A stretch of DNA of 64,000 nt from Candidatus Poribacteria bacterium (GTDB lineage Bacteria; Poribacteria; WGA-4E; PCPOR2b). The translations under genes were made by a program, and so were the position numbers. The first letter of the stretch is position 1; each line of letters opens with the position of its first letter. Under the pieces are notes generated by a model. It was not told the DNA's origin. It saw only the letters and a list, made by a program, of their open reading frames with translations, and made no database searches. Positions 49,090 through 58,595 of this stretch are shown here, piece by piece. The stretch spans positions 2,752,001 to 2,816,000 of the forward strand of contig OZ244042.1 in NCBI GenBank assembly GCA_965215015.1, in the 5' to 3' direction.

Positions 49090-49587
49090 TTAGTTGTTGG
49101 TATCTTGAAGCCCTTTCAAGGCTGTGATGATATTCTCATGTTTAGCGAGATCCAACTGGTGTGAGCCAATATACATGAACCGGATAATTAAATCCTTATC
49201 AATCACAAATGTCGCAGGACGAGCGATGTTATACGCATCAAGCCCCAGCCAATGGTACACGCCATAGCTTTTAATCACCTGTCGATCCTTATCCGTGAGC
49301 AACGGAAAGGTGATAGCGTGTCTTTCGGCGTATCGACGCACTTCACGGGGCCATTGACCAACGATGCTAAGTACCGTAGCACCCAAGTCTGCGTATTCGT
49401 TGCTGACGCGCTGGAGATCTCCTAACTGGCGACGGCTATTCGGTCACCATGTCCCCCGAAAGAAGACTAGGATGACAGATTGTTGGCCGAGATAGGATTC
49501 AAGGCTCACGGTTTGACGCTGAACAGAGGTCAATGTGAATAACGGTGCCTTATCACCGATGTTAAGAATCCTGTTTTTTCGTGGCAT
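49090..49587 (-). CDS. AhpC/TSA peroxiredoxin-like protein with in-frame TGA (putative selenocysteine, UxxS)
   Basis: ATG 49587; IGDKAPLFTL...LVFFRGTW-TGA(49444-49446)-PNSRRQL continues in frame into FPLLTD...YGV...PATFVID. Confidence 0.85.
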
Positions 49588-49659
49588 AATTCATCGTGAT
49601 TTTAAGGACTATCCTGTTAATCCTTTGGTGCGAGTTGGTGAGGCTATCGTTTCCACGTT

Positions 49660-50862
49660 TCAATCTTGTTCCAATTCTTGACGAATTCTTTCGGCGAGCG
49701 TTTCGGTGTTGCTGTCGTTCAAGTGAAGTGGATTAATCAGCAGTTTTCCTTCTCGAAGACCGCCGTGGCTGACATAAATCGGAGGGACCCCCCTCCGGAG
49801 ACTTTGGCAAATTTCCATCGCCCCTCGACCAATGGCTTCTTCATCGATCGCAATTTGCAACAGTGGAAGACTTTGACCGTCCCCTTTATCACGAATGCTG
49901 CATTGTATGGGAGAGCCGTTCAGTTTTCCCACTATCCGACTGAGGCGTGCGTGTGCTTTGGGGACCGCTTCATCATAGGCACCGGAGGTGAAAAGCTGCA
50001 ATGCCACAAGTAGAGCGATAATCTCTTCCTTGGAGACCTTAAAACCGCGCCCGATTCCGTGGCGTGGAATGCCACGGAATTTTGTCTTATCGATGAGTGA
50101 TGCCGGTGGATTCCAAAGTTCCAAGTAGTCATCCATATCCAACAATTGCGCGACGGCAGGTCCTATAAGGTCTCGACGACCACAGAGAATCCCTGTTGAT
50201 TGGGGACCTCGAATGGATTTGCCACCGCTGAACGCTACCAAATCGGCACCCGTTGCCGCAATGGATTCGAGGTTGCTACGCGGCGGAAGTTCACCCGCTG
50301 CATCTACTAATACAGGAAGTTGATGCCGATGTGCAACAGCAACTACCTCTTCAAGTGGAGGTCGGGAGGTCGGGCTGTATACATAAAACACGCCCGCAGT
50401 ATTCGGTCCAAAGGCAGCTTCGTACTCCCACGCTTCAGTTCGCCGTACTCCCGCATTTGCAACGATTTCGTTGAAACCGACCTCCATAAGCCGGGCCCCT
50501 GCGGCTCTTACGGCGTGATCGTAACCACTTCGCTGCTCTCGGGCGACGACGAGTTCGTTGGGAAATCCGTCGCAATGCGGCAACCGCTCCATCAATCCCA
50601 AGTCGTAGCCTGTCAAGATTGCAGCGGCTCCTAAGGTTAGAGCGGATGCAGCACCAGCGGAAATCAAACCCGCTTCCGTTGCGGTAGCATCCGCAATAAC
50701 TTTGGAGGCGGCTGCCTGAAGTTGTTCGAGCGGCACCGATGCGCGAGCAGCTTCATTAAACGCATCCAGTACCGCATCGGGCATTGGTGCCCCCCCGAGA
50801 CGGGTCACCGATCCGGAGGCGTTGATAATCGGTGTAACTCCAAATTGTTCGTAAATTCCCAT
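49660..50862 (-). CDS. SelA-like/DgaE family PLP-dependent enzyme
   Basis: INASGSVTRLGG, LVDAAGE, FSGGK..GPQSTG and RGFKVSKEE motifs. Confidence 0.88.
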   Translation of the reverse strand: MGIYEQFGVTPIINASGSVTRLGGAPMPDAVLDAFNEAARASVPLEQLQAAASKVIADATATEAGLISAGAASALTLGAAAILTGYDLGLMERLPHCDGFPNELVVAREQRSGYDHAVRAAGARLMEVGFNEIVANAGVRRTEAWEYEAAFGPNTAGVFYVYSPTSRPPLEEVVAVAHRHQLPVLVDAAGELPPRSNLESIAATGADLVAFSGGKSIRGPQSTGILCGRRDLIGPAVAQLLDMDDYLELWNPPASLIDKTKFRGIPRHGIGRGFKVSKEEIIALLVALQLFTSGAYDEAVPKAHARLSRIVGKLNGSPIQCSIRDKGDGQSLPLLQIAIDEEAIGRGAMEICQSLRRGVPPIYVSHGGLREGKLLINPLHLNDSNTETLAERIRQELEQD

Positions 50863-50965
50863 AGATATTTCCAATCTCATCAGTTACTATGGCTCATGTT
50901 AAAAAATCGTGCAACAGAACCCCGCCAGGGACTACTTGAGGGGTAACAACTGAACTGAGGTTATT

Positions 50966-51715
50966 ATGGCTAATATGACAACACTACACACACGCGAAAC
51001 ACTCACACATGACCTGAAAAACTTGGGCGTTGAGCGAGGGGATACGCTCTTTATTCACTCCTCCTTTAAGAGCCTCGGCCCCGTTGAAGGTGGGGCAGGA
51101 ACGGTGGTCAGCGCACTGGAGGACGCCGCTGGACGAGAGGGACTCATCTTGATGCCCTCGTTCAACCTCGTAGAAGGAAGAGAGATGCGGGTGAAAACAT
51201 GGAACCTCGAAACCACACCATCCACAGTCGGATGGCTCACCGAGTTCTTCCGCCAAATGCCTGGTACTTACCGATCCGACCACTATTCCCATTCGGTCGC
51301 TGCACGGGGCAAGGGGGCAAAGAAGTTTGTAGATACCCATCTCAGTCGCGAGGGGTATAAATCACCGTGGGACCGTGAGCCGTGGGGTAACACTTACGGC
51401 ACACACTCCCCAATGCAGAAGGTTTATCAGACCGATGGAAAGCTTCTCATGCTTGGCGTGGACTACAACACTTCGACGTATATCCATTTTGTGGAAGTCC
51501 TCTATTGGCATGAGTTGCGTGAACAGAACCCGGAAGCACCGTATCCCGCGCTGGATAGACCGATGCTTGGGGCGTTCTGGGACGAAGTCGGGAGCTTGAA
51601 CCGGGGATTGCTCGGAAATTCTAGCTGTCGCCTCTTTCGTATTCAGCCATATATCCATACCCTCTTACGTGAGGTCAAGCACAATCCCACCCCCTATCTG
51701 AGGATACGCGCCTAA
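50966..51715 (+). CDS. AAC(3)/YokD family N-acetyltransferase
   Basis: HSSFKSLG.VEGG, RSDHYSHSVAARG, LMLGV and TYIHFVE motifs. Confidence 0.9.
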   Translation: MANMTTLHTRETLTHDLKNLGVERGDTLFIHSSFKSLGPVEGGAGTVVSALEDAAGREGLILMPSFNLVEGREMRVKTWNLETTPSTVGWLTEFFRQMPGTYRSDHYSHSVAARGKGAKKFVDTHLSREGYKSPWDREPWGNTYGTHSPMQKVYQTDGKLLMLGVDYNTSTYIHFVEVLYWHELREQNPEAPYPALDRPMLGAFWDEVGSLNRGLLGNSSCRLFRIQPYIHTLLREVKHNPTPYLRIRA

Positions 51716-51729
51716 ATGCCTTGAACTGA

Positions 51730-52551
51730 TTAATCTCTTAGTGGGGGTTTAATCTCTTTATTGAGAGCCCAGTTGGGATAGTAGTTATACACTTCGGCGC
51801 CGGGATATGGGTTGCCAAGCGGCTGCGGCGGTGCATAAAACGGTCCGGGCATTCCTATCATGACCGACATAATGAATTGCATTCCCACCGATCGGAGCGT
51901 GCGAGCAGAGCGTATATTCCAAGGTGCGGTTGAAGCAAAGATGAACCGGTTGTTTTCCAATATCCAACGCCCCGCTGCGCTCACGACAGCACGCCCCAGT
52001 CCACGTCCTTTGGCTTCCGGTGCAGTATCAATGCCTATTTCCCAAACGTGGTCATCTTCAGAGCGAACTGCTGCAAGGGACGCTAATTTGCCATCCTCAA
52101 AGATGCCGAAGCCGGTCATCGCTTCATCTTCAAAGCAATGCCAGAAAATACGATAGTCAACGGCTTCAGCTAATTCCGCCGCGGACAGCTGCACAGGACA
52201 GTGATCCCCTACCTCGCGAAAACTATCCTCGTCACCGATATAGAACCAGCTTGGTCCCCACACTCCATAGCCATCAGGCAGCAATACACGCGCAAGCTCA
52301 TACCCACCAAATGTGGAGAACAGTTCTTCCAGGGTCAGATTTTGAACGATCGGTTTAAGTTGTTCTAACCACTGCTTTTGCGTTGTGACAAGGCCACGTT
52401 CACCAATCCTCGCTGCAAATAGCGCGCTTGAAGATTGCTCTTCAGTTTCGTATACCGGTATCGGATCCAAACCTAATAGATCCAGCCGCGCTCCAATCTT
52501 TGCCTCCAACCATGGACGAAGAGTCTCAATAAGGTTTGATGCGTTCATCAC
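51730..52551 (-). CDS. GNAT family acetyltransferase
   Basis: EIGIDTAPEAKGRGLGRAVV and NIRSARTLRSVG motifs. Confidence 0.85.
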   Translation of the reverse strand: MMNASNLIETLRPWLEAKIGARLDLLGLDPIPVYETEEQSSSALFAARIGERGLVTTQKQWLEQLKPIVQNLTLEELFSTFGGYELARVLLPDGYGVWGPSWFYIGDEDSFREVGDHCPVQLSAAELAEAVDYRIFWHCFEDEAMTGFGIFEDGKLASLAAVRSEDDHVWEIGIDTAPEAKGRGLGRAVVSAAGRWILENNRFIFASTAPWNIRSARTLRSVGMQFIMSVMIGMPGPFYAPPQPLGNPYPGAEVYNYYPNWALNKEIKPPLRD

Positions 52552-52709
52552 TATTACCCTCCCTTCGGAGCATTTCCAGATTTTGTTTCGGTGCCTGTGT
52601 GCAGTATGCCTAAGCGTTACCGATTCCTATTCCGTTAGACACATTTGATCTTTAAATCTTCAGGGATGATAGGTGATTGTGAGGAAATAATCAAGGAGAA
52701 AATACGGGT

Positions 52710-54043
52710 CACTTACCCCCATTTTTTTTGCTGTGTAATGTTGGTTGTTTTAGCGCGGTCTAGATGTGAGCAAGGGTTGTCATATATGGTAAAATACCTC
52801 CCTGTATAAAATAACCATTGTTTTAAACAAGGAGGTATTATGAAAGGCACCCACCGCCATAAGGGGGTGAATCCCAGTTCTATGATAACCACTCTGACCG
52901 AGATTTTCAACCCCGTATTGAAAAAACCGGCGTTAAAAAACCGGATACTCACGATCCTAGCCATTGTGTTGGCCCAGAAGTTTCGGATAAACGAAATTGC
53001 TTCCCGCTTGCCAATAGCCGTCAAACATCAAAAGACGAAACAGAAACGCCTGCTGCGATTCTTAGCTCGTCGCTTTCCTATTGACGCGGTGATGGGGTGC
53101 TGGTTGGGCTTTGTGCTCCGCCGGGTCTGTGAACCTCACGCCGGACGCCGGTTGATTTTAGTGGATGAAACCCAGGTGTTTGGCCATTTCAAAGCGATTG
53201 TTGCCGCGGTGCCGTTCCGCCGCCGGGCGGTTCCTATCTACTGGCACCTCTACACCGATGCTGAGATTCAACAGTTGACCTATACCAGCCATAATGAGAT
53301 TATCCAACGCTTTTGTCTCACACTGTATCAAAAGACAGAAGCGATTTTACCGCCCCCGTGTGAAGCCACGTTGATATTCGATAGAGGCTTCGCTCGTGCT
53401 AAATATGTGATAAAGTTTCTCAAGACACAACGGATTCCGTTTATCATCCGCGTGTGTCGTAACGCGCGCATGACCGTCTGGGGCACTGTTAAAAAGGCAG
53501 AACAGTTGCAGGAAACGGGGTTCTATCCACAGATTCTCTATCACTTAACCGAGCAGATTCGCCTCAACCTGTATGTCGTCAGACAGGCGCGGTTGGCTGA
53601 ACCGATGTATCTGATTTCAAGTCATCTGACGGGGCGTCACATATACCACTATTATAAGCGAAGAATGCAGATTGAACACGGATTTCGGGACATCAAGACC
53701 GGTTTTGGCTTTGGCAGCTTGAGACTCAAAAAACCGTCAAAAGCCCGCATCAACCTGTTATGGCTCTTAGCTTGTATCAGTTATGGCTTACTGTTTATCA
53801 CCTATCAAAAGTCAGGCGATCGATGGGCAAAAACATTCAACACACGGACTAAAATATACTCACTCATTACCGTGATAAAGCGAGTGGTGGCTGAGGCGTG
53901 GAGCGGGTGGTGTCTCAATCCATGGTTCACACTCCCACTGTGCAGGGGAGATACATGCAAACACCCTTAATGACAGGTATTCTCACTATCCTAAATCATA
54001 AAAATATCTCAAATCTATAACCAAAAAAAAATGGGGGTAAATG
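52710..54043 (+). mobile_element. IS4-family insertion sequence (~1.33 kb)
   Basis: Terminal inverted repeats CACTTACCCCCATTTTTTTTG / CAAAAAAAAATGGGGGTAAATG flank a single transposase. Confidence 0.92.
52840..53970 (+). CDS. IS4-family DDE transposase
   Basis: AAGGAGGT RBS; LVDET, FDRGF and YKRRMQIEHGFRDIK (YREK signature). Confidence 0.92.
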   Translation: MKGTHRHKGVNPSSMITTLTEIFNPVLKKPALKNRILTILAIVLAQKFRINEIASRLPIAVKHQKTKQKRLLRFLARRFPIDAVMGCWLGFVLRRVCEPHAGRRLILVDETQVFGHFKAIVAAVPFRRRAVPIYWHLYTDAEIQQLTYTSHNEIIQRFCLTLYQKTEAILPPPCEATLIFDRGFARAKYVIKFLKTQRIPFIIRVCRNARMTVWGTVKKAEQLQETGFYPQILYHLTEQIRLNLYVVRQARLAEPMYLISSHLTGRHIYHYYKRRMQIEHGFRDIKTGFGFGSLRLKKPSKARINLLWLLACISYGLLFITYQKSGDRWAKTFNTRTKIYSLITVIKRVVAEAWSGWCLNPWFTLPLCRGDTCKHP

Positions 54044-54330
54044 AAGTATTTACCGCTTTCCACATTCGGGTCATTTAATTCTCCTGTAGGTTAAAGAGTC
54101 GCGGAACGGAGAGGGATTTCCGAATCCTGACACACATCGCCGTAGAGAGGAGCTCCAAATCCCGACCTCCTACTCAGGCAGGAAGAAAACCGAAAACTAA
54201 ATAGCCCTAATGTCCGGCATATTGCAATTGATTATTTTTGCCATAGTATGATATACTGAATTTTGCCCTATTCTTATCTTTTCCTCCCTTATCTTTTCCT
54301 CCGTTGATAGGGGGACACAGAGGAGTCAAC

Positions 54331-54873
54331 TTGGTGAATAGAAAATTATGTTTCGCGATTGGGCTTGCAATGCTGATCTGTTTAACGTTCTCGGCGTATT
54401 TGGCGTACTCTCACGATGCGTTTTACCCGCATCACCGCGAGGATCTCCGCAAAGAGGAAGGACGACTGACTGTGGTGTTCATTACAGCTGGGTTTGTCGT
54501 TCTGTTGGGTGCGGTTTTCTATATGGTGTTACGCAACGAAAAACGAGAGGGTGAGCGGACGCGTGAATCGGAGCAGGACCGCTTAGCGGGTGCAGTAAAC
54601 GAAGCCGCGCATGTTGGGCGCACTACCCTTTTTGAGGGGGAAACTGCTGAAGCGACAATCCATGCCACTTTGGCAGCTTACGCCAAACGCTTAAAGGTTG
54701 CATGGAATCCAACTTCTGTACTGGTGGTTGGGAACGCCATCCGATGTCAGATCGGAGGGGATGTAATCGTTGTTAGAATCTTTCATCAGGCGGATCAATA
54801 TAAAATTGAGGTCAAAGCCTCTCGAGATGAGGTGAGCGCAGGATCTGTGCTGGAAGTGGTGCGTGACGATTGA
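54331..54873 (+). CDS. Hypothetical membrane protein
   Basis: AGGAG RBS; signal peptide (AYS-HD) and a second TM segment; upstream TGaTATACT -10. Confidence 0.7.
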   Translation: MVNRKLCFAIGLAMLICLTFSAYLAYSHDAFYPHHREDLRKEEGRLTVVFITAGFVVLLGAVFYMVLRNEKREGERTRESEQDRLAGAVNEAAHVGRTTLFEGETAEATIHATLAAYAKRLKVAWNPTSVLVVGNAIRCQIGGDVIVVRIFHQADQYKIEVKASRDEVSAGSVLEVVRDD

Positions 54874-54904
54874 TGCGTCGTCCTTCACGGAAACGTTTCG
54901 CTCC

Positions 54905-54964
54905 CTGTGGATTGACAAATCCACAGTCCATCATTGCGAGCCCACTTGGATTGGGCAATCCAAG
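54905..54964. promoter_or_regulatory. Pair of related palindromes TGGATT-N4-AATCCA (operator candidates)
   Basis: CTGTGGATTGACAAATCCACAG (54905-54926) and CTTGGATTGGGCAATCCAAG (54945-54964). Confidence 0.45.
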
Positions 54965-55026
54965 CAGAGCTGTAATAGAAACGCTTCGACCGTCCCCGGC
55001 ATCTGCATCTATCGACGAGGTAAGCC

Positions 55027-56592
55027 ATGAACATAGGTAAATTACTGACAAAGTCTGCTCGAACTTTTCCCGAAAACCTCGCAATTGCATACGGTTCTAA
55101 GAAATTGACGTATGCCGAATTTAACACGCGAGCCAACTGCCTGGCATACGGGCTTAACAGACTTGGTGTCCGGCAGGGGGATAACGTGGCGGTATTGATG
55201 TATAACTGTCCTGAGATGTTGGAGTCAATGTTTGCTTGCTTCAAGGCGGGGTGCGGCGTCATACCCATTAATTTCCGGCTACACCCCAAAGAGTTTGCCT
55301 TTATCATCAGCCATTCTGAAGCCAAAGTGGTGATTATCTCGTCTGAATTCAACGAGGCAATTGTCGACATCTGCGCCGACATTCCACAAGTCAGTTATAT
55401 TATCAGCGTATCTAGGGCGCAAGAGCCATTTCTGGATTACGAAACCGTGCTATCCACCGAGTCGAATCAGTTTGAAGATGTAGATGTCGCTCCTGATGAC
55501 GTGGCGTGGCTCTTTTATACCTCCGGGACAACAGGTCAGCCCAAGGGCGCGATGTTGACGCACCGTAACTTACTCGGCATGACGATGAACTTCTACGCGG
55601 ACATGTGCCCGGGATTTGGCCCCAACGATGTCGCGCTCCACGCCGCCCCTTTATCACATGGAAGCGGGTGCTATGCACTGCCCAACGTTGGCAAGGCAGC
55701 AGCTAACGTTATTCTGGAAGCAAAATCCTTTGACCCGGAACAGGTGTTAAAAACGATTGAAGCGTACCGCGTGACAAATATGTTTGCTGCACCGACCATG
55801 ATCAAACTGTTGATAGATTGCCCGGCGATAGCCCAATACGACCACAGTTCATTGAGGGTGTTAAACTACGGCGGCGCACCGATGTTGGTCGAGGACCTGA
55901 TGCAAGCGATGGCAAAACTGGGGCCCTGCCTTGTCCAACTTTACGGGCAGGCGGAATCTCCCATGACCATTACCTATCTCTCCCATGATGACCATATCCT
56001 CGACGGAGCTCCGGATCAGATGAAGCGACTCGCATCAGCAGGCATCCCGCGCACCGATGTAGAAGTAAAAATTGTCGATTCCGATGATAATGAACTCCCT
56101 CCCGGGGAGATGGGAGAGATTGTTACACGCTCAGATCTGGTGATGAAGGGGTACTGGCGAGATCCGGCAGCCACTGCTGAAACCTTGCGGAATGGGTGGC
56201 TGCATACCGGAGATATCGGCTACATTGATGAATACGGCTACCTTTTTTTGATGGATCGGTCAAAGGATCTGATTATCAGCGGGGGAGAAAACATCTATCC
56301 CCGAGAAATCGAGGAGGTAATTGTCCAACATCCCGCGGTTCGAGAGGTCGCTGTGATCGGGATTCCGGACCTAACATGGGGTGAGTCGATCAAAGCGGTC
56401 GTCTCGCTTTTACCTGAGAGAGATGTCACAGAGACAGAACTGATTAATTTTTGCACAGACCATATAGCCCGCTACAAACGGCCCAAATCGATCGATTTTG
56501 TCGAAGAACTGCCCAAGAATAACTACGGAAAAATTCTCAAGCGGGAGTTGAGAGCAAAGTATTGGGAAGGAAAAGCCAGTCAAGTAATATAG
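55027..56592 (+). CDS. Acyl-CoA synthetase / AMP-dependent ligase
   Basis: YTSGTTGQPKG, YGQAE, GWLHTGD, IISGGENIYPREIE and LPKNNYGKI motifs. Confidence 0.95.
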   Translation: MNIGKLLTKSARTFPENLAIAYGSKKLTYAEFNTRANCLAYGLNRLGVRQGDNVAVLMYNCPEMLESMFACFKAGCGVIPINFRLHPKEFAFIISHSEAKVVIISSEFNEAIVDICADIPQVSYIISVSRAQEPFLDYETVLSTESNQFEDVDVAPDDVAWLFYTSGTTGQPKGAMLTHRNLLGMTMNFYADMCPGFGPNDVALHAAPLSHGSGCYALPNVGKAAANVILEAKSFDPEQVLKTIEAYRVTNMFAAPTMIKLLIDCPAIAQYDHSSLRVLNYGGAPMLVEDLMQAMAKLGPCLVQLYGQAESPMTITYLSHDDHILDGAPDQMKRLASAGIPRTDVEVKIVDSDDNELPPGEMGEIVTRSDLVMKGYWRDPAATAETLRNGWLHTGDIGYIDEYGYLFLMDRSKDLIISGGENIYPREIEEVIVQHPAVREVAVIGIPDLTWGESIKAVVSLLPERDVTETELINFCTDHIARYKRPKSIDFVEELPKNNYGKILKRELRAKYWEGKASQVI

Positions 56593-56828
56593 TTGCTAGT
56601 AGTAGGCATACGCCGTATCCCGTACCCCTCGCTTGCGGGGGATTCGAGGGGGGGACAGCACGGCGGATCGTACCTACTACTGCCGGATTAACTGTAGCCG
56701 CCCGATTCATCGAGGCATCTTCACAGGCGATTTATCACCAAGGATACCATGACTATTGCGTGCCCTTTGCTGGTGTTGGCACCGAAGGTTCAACTGCGTA
56801 AGTCCTATAATGTAAAAAGGAGATTGAC

Positions 56829-58094
56829 ATGAATAAGCAGCGAAAGTTGGGACGCGGCGTCGCGATGGTCGGCGCGGGGATGTCAGGGTTCAATATGTTC
56901 AAGGATCGGGACTCAAAGGATTTGTTTACCGAAGCCTTCGTTGAAATGAGCGCATCCGTGGATAAGGGGCTCGATCCGGCTGACATTGACGCGCTGTACA
57001 TTGGCAATTTCACAAACGACTTTTTTGCCCATCAGTCGCATTGGGGCGCAATTCTTTCGGATTCCCTTGGACTCGTTCCCAAACCGGCGACACGGATTGA
57101 AGGTGCTTGCGCTTCAAGCGCGCTCGCTTTTCGGGAGGGAGTTTTTGCCATCGCATCCGGTTTCTACGATGTGGTCTTGGTCGGTGGCGTCGAGGATATG
57201 TCGAAAGAGAGCACCGAAACGATCGCCGAGGGCTTGGCTCTGGCGGCAATCCCTTATGAACGGAAGGCAGGCTTTACGTTCCCCGGGGTTTTCGGGGCGA
57301 TTGCGACCGCATATTTTGAGAAATATGGTGCTTCCCGCGAACACCTAATGGATATTACCATCAAGAGCCACGACAACGCGCCGTTGAACCCGAAAGCGCA
57401 GTATAAAGCTACGATTCGCGATATTATGCTGTCGAAAATCAAACGGTCGAAAGAAAAAGGGGGCGCAGTACCAGATTGGAACGATGAGAAGGATTTTCTG
57501 CGTGACCCAATCGTCAATCCCGCAATTGCTTGGCCCATGCACCTTTTTGATTGCTGTCCAATCAGCGACGGTGCGGCGTGCATTCTCTTGGTTGGGGCGG
57601 AGATTGCCAAACACTTTACCGATGACCCACTATATCTCGCTGGCATTGGTCAAGCAAGTGGGCGGGGGCTCAACGCCGCCGATGATCTGACATACTTTGA
57701 AGCAACGCGGCACGCCGCTAACGAGGCTTACGAAATGTCCGGGTTGACGCCCGCAGATATTCAGTTTGCAGAGGTGCACGACTGCTTCTCGATTGCAGAA
57801 CTCCTGCATATTGAAGACCTCGGATTTTTTAAGCCGGGCGAGGGTTACAAAGCGGTGGCAGATGGTTTAACAAAATTAGATGGCGAGAAGCCGATTAACA
57901 CGTCCGGAGGGCTCAAGTGTAAGGGACATCCGGTCGGGGCAACGGGTGCAGCGCAGTTAATAGAAGTATGGGAGCAGTTGAGGAACCAGGCGGGGGATAG
58001 AAACGTACCAATTGAAGACCTGCGCATCGGTGCCGCGCACAATTTGGGTGGGACCGGCGGCACCTGCACGTTTACCATTCTAGAAAGGAGATAA
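56829..58094 (+). CDS. SCP-x/archaeal-type thiolase
   Basis: EGACASS, EVHDCF, NTSGGL..GHPVGATG and HNLGG motifs. Confidence 0.93.
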   Translation: MNKQRKLGRGVAMVGAGMSGFNMFKDRDSKDLFTEAFVEMSASVDKGLDPADIDALYIGNFTNDFFAHQSHWGAILSDSLGLVPKPATRIEGACASSALAFREGVFAIASGFYDVVLVGGVEDMSKESTETIAEGLALAAIPYERKAGFTFPGVFGAIATAYFEKYGASREHLMDITIKSHDNAPLNPKAQYKATIRDIMLSKIKRSKEKGGAVPDWNDEKDFLRDPIVNPAIAWPMHLFDCCPISDGAACILLVGAEIAKHFTDDPLYLAGIGQASGRGLNAADDLTYFEATRHAANEAYEMSGLTPADIQFAEVHDCFSIAELLHIEDLGFFKPGEGYKAVADGLTKLDGEKPINTSGGLKCKGHPVGATGAAQLIEVWEQLRNQAGDRNVPIEDLRIGAAHNLGGTGGTCTFTILERR

Positions 58095-58096
58095 CT

Positions 58097-58522
58097 GTGG
58101 CGGATAGACCGATAAGTGATTACCAGTTTGAACGGTTTCTGGAGGAAGGGAAACTAATGGGTGCTCAGTGCGTCGGATGCGGTGCCCTTTTTGTGCCGCC
58201 ACGTGCTATCTGTATCAAATGCCACGGCTCGGAGATGGAATGGGTGGAAACAAGAGGAGAGGGGCACTTAGTCGCCTTTACCTGTATCTCGATTGGACCC
58301 CCTGCGATGATTGCGGAGGGGTATGACAGGAACAACCCGTACTGTTCAGGAGCGGTCGAGTTGGTGGAGGGCCCGCGGGTGGTCGCACGGATTGAAGGCG
58401 TTGACACGCTTCATCCTGAAACGATAAAGGTTGGAACGCCGATGAAAGCGGCGTTTCTGCGTCGAGGGGCAGATGAGGACCGGAAAACCGTCTTGGGGTT
58501 CACACCGGTTGACGAAAATTAA
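58097..58522 (+). CDS. DUF35 zinc-ribbon/OB-fold protein
   Basis: CVGCG..PPRAICIKC and VELVEGPRV motifs; directly after the thiolase. Confidence 0.92.
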   Translation: MADRPISDYQFERFLEEGKLMGAQCVGCGALFVPPRAICIKCHGSEMEWVETRGEGHLVAFTCISIGPPAMIAEGYDRNNPYCSGAVELVEGPRVVARIEGVDTLHPETIKVGTPMKAAFLRRGADEDRKTVLGFTPVDEN

Positions 58523-58595
58523 AACGCAATGCGTTTCGTTATGCCTTTTTCGTATCGTTGGCACTTTCAGCAGAAGCAGTTTAGTTAATCGTTTA

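Noticed and set aside
49660-50862. Calling this gene selA
   Set aside because: FSGGK motif and length fit SelA-like/DgaE homologues; no selB or selC nearby
50966-51715. Bona fide aminoglycoside resistance gene
   Set aside because: AAC(3)/YokD-fold homologues are widespread with other substrates; no resistance-cassette context
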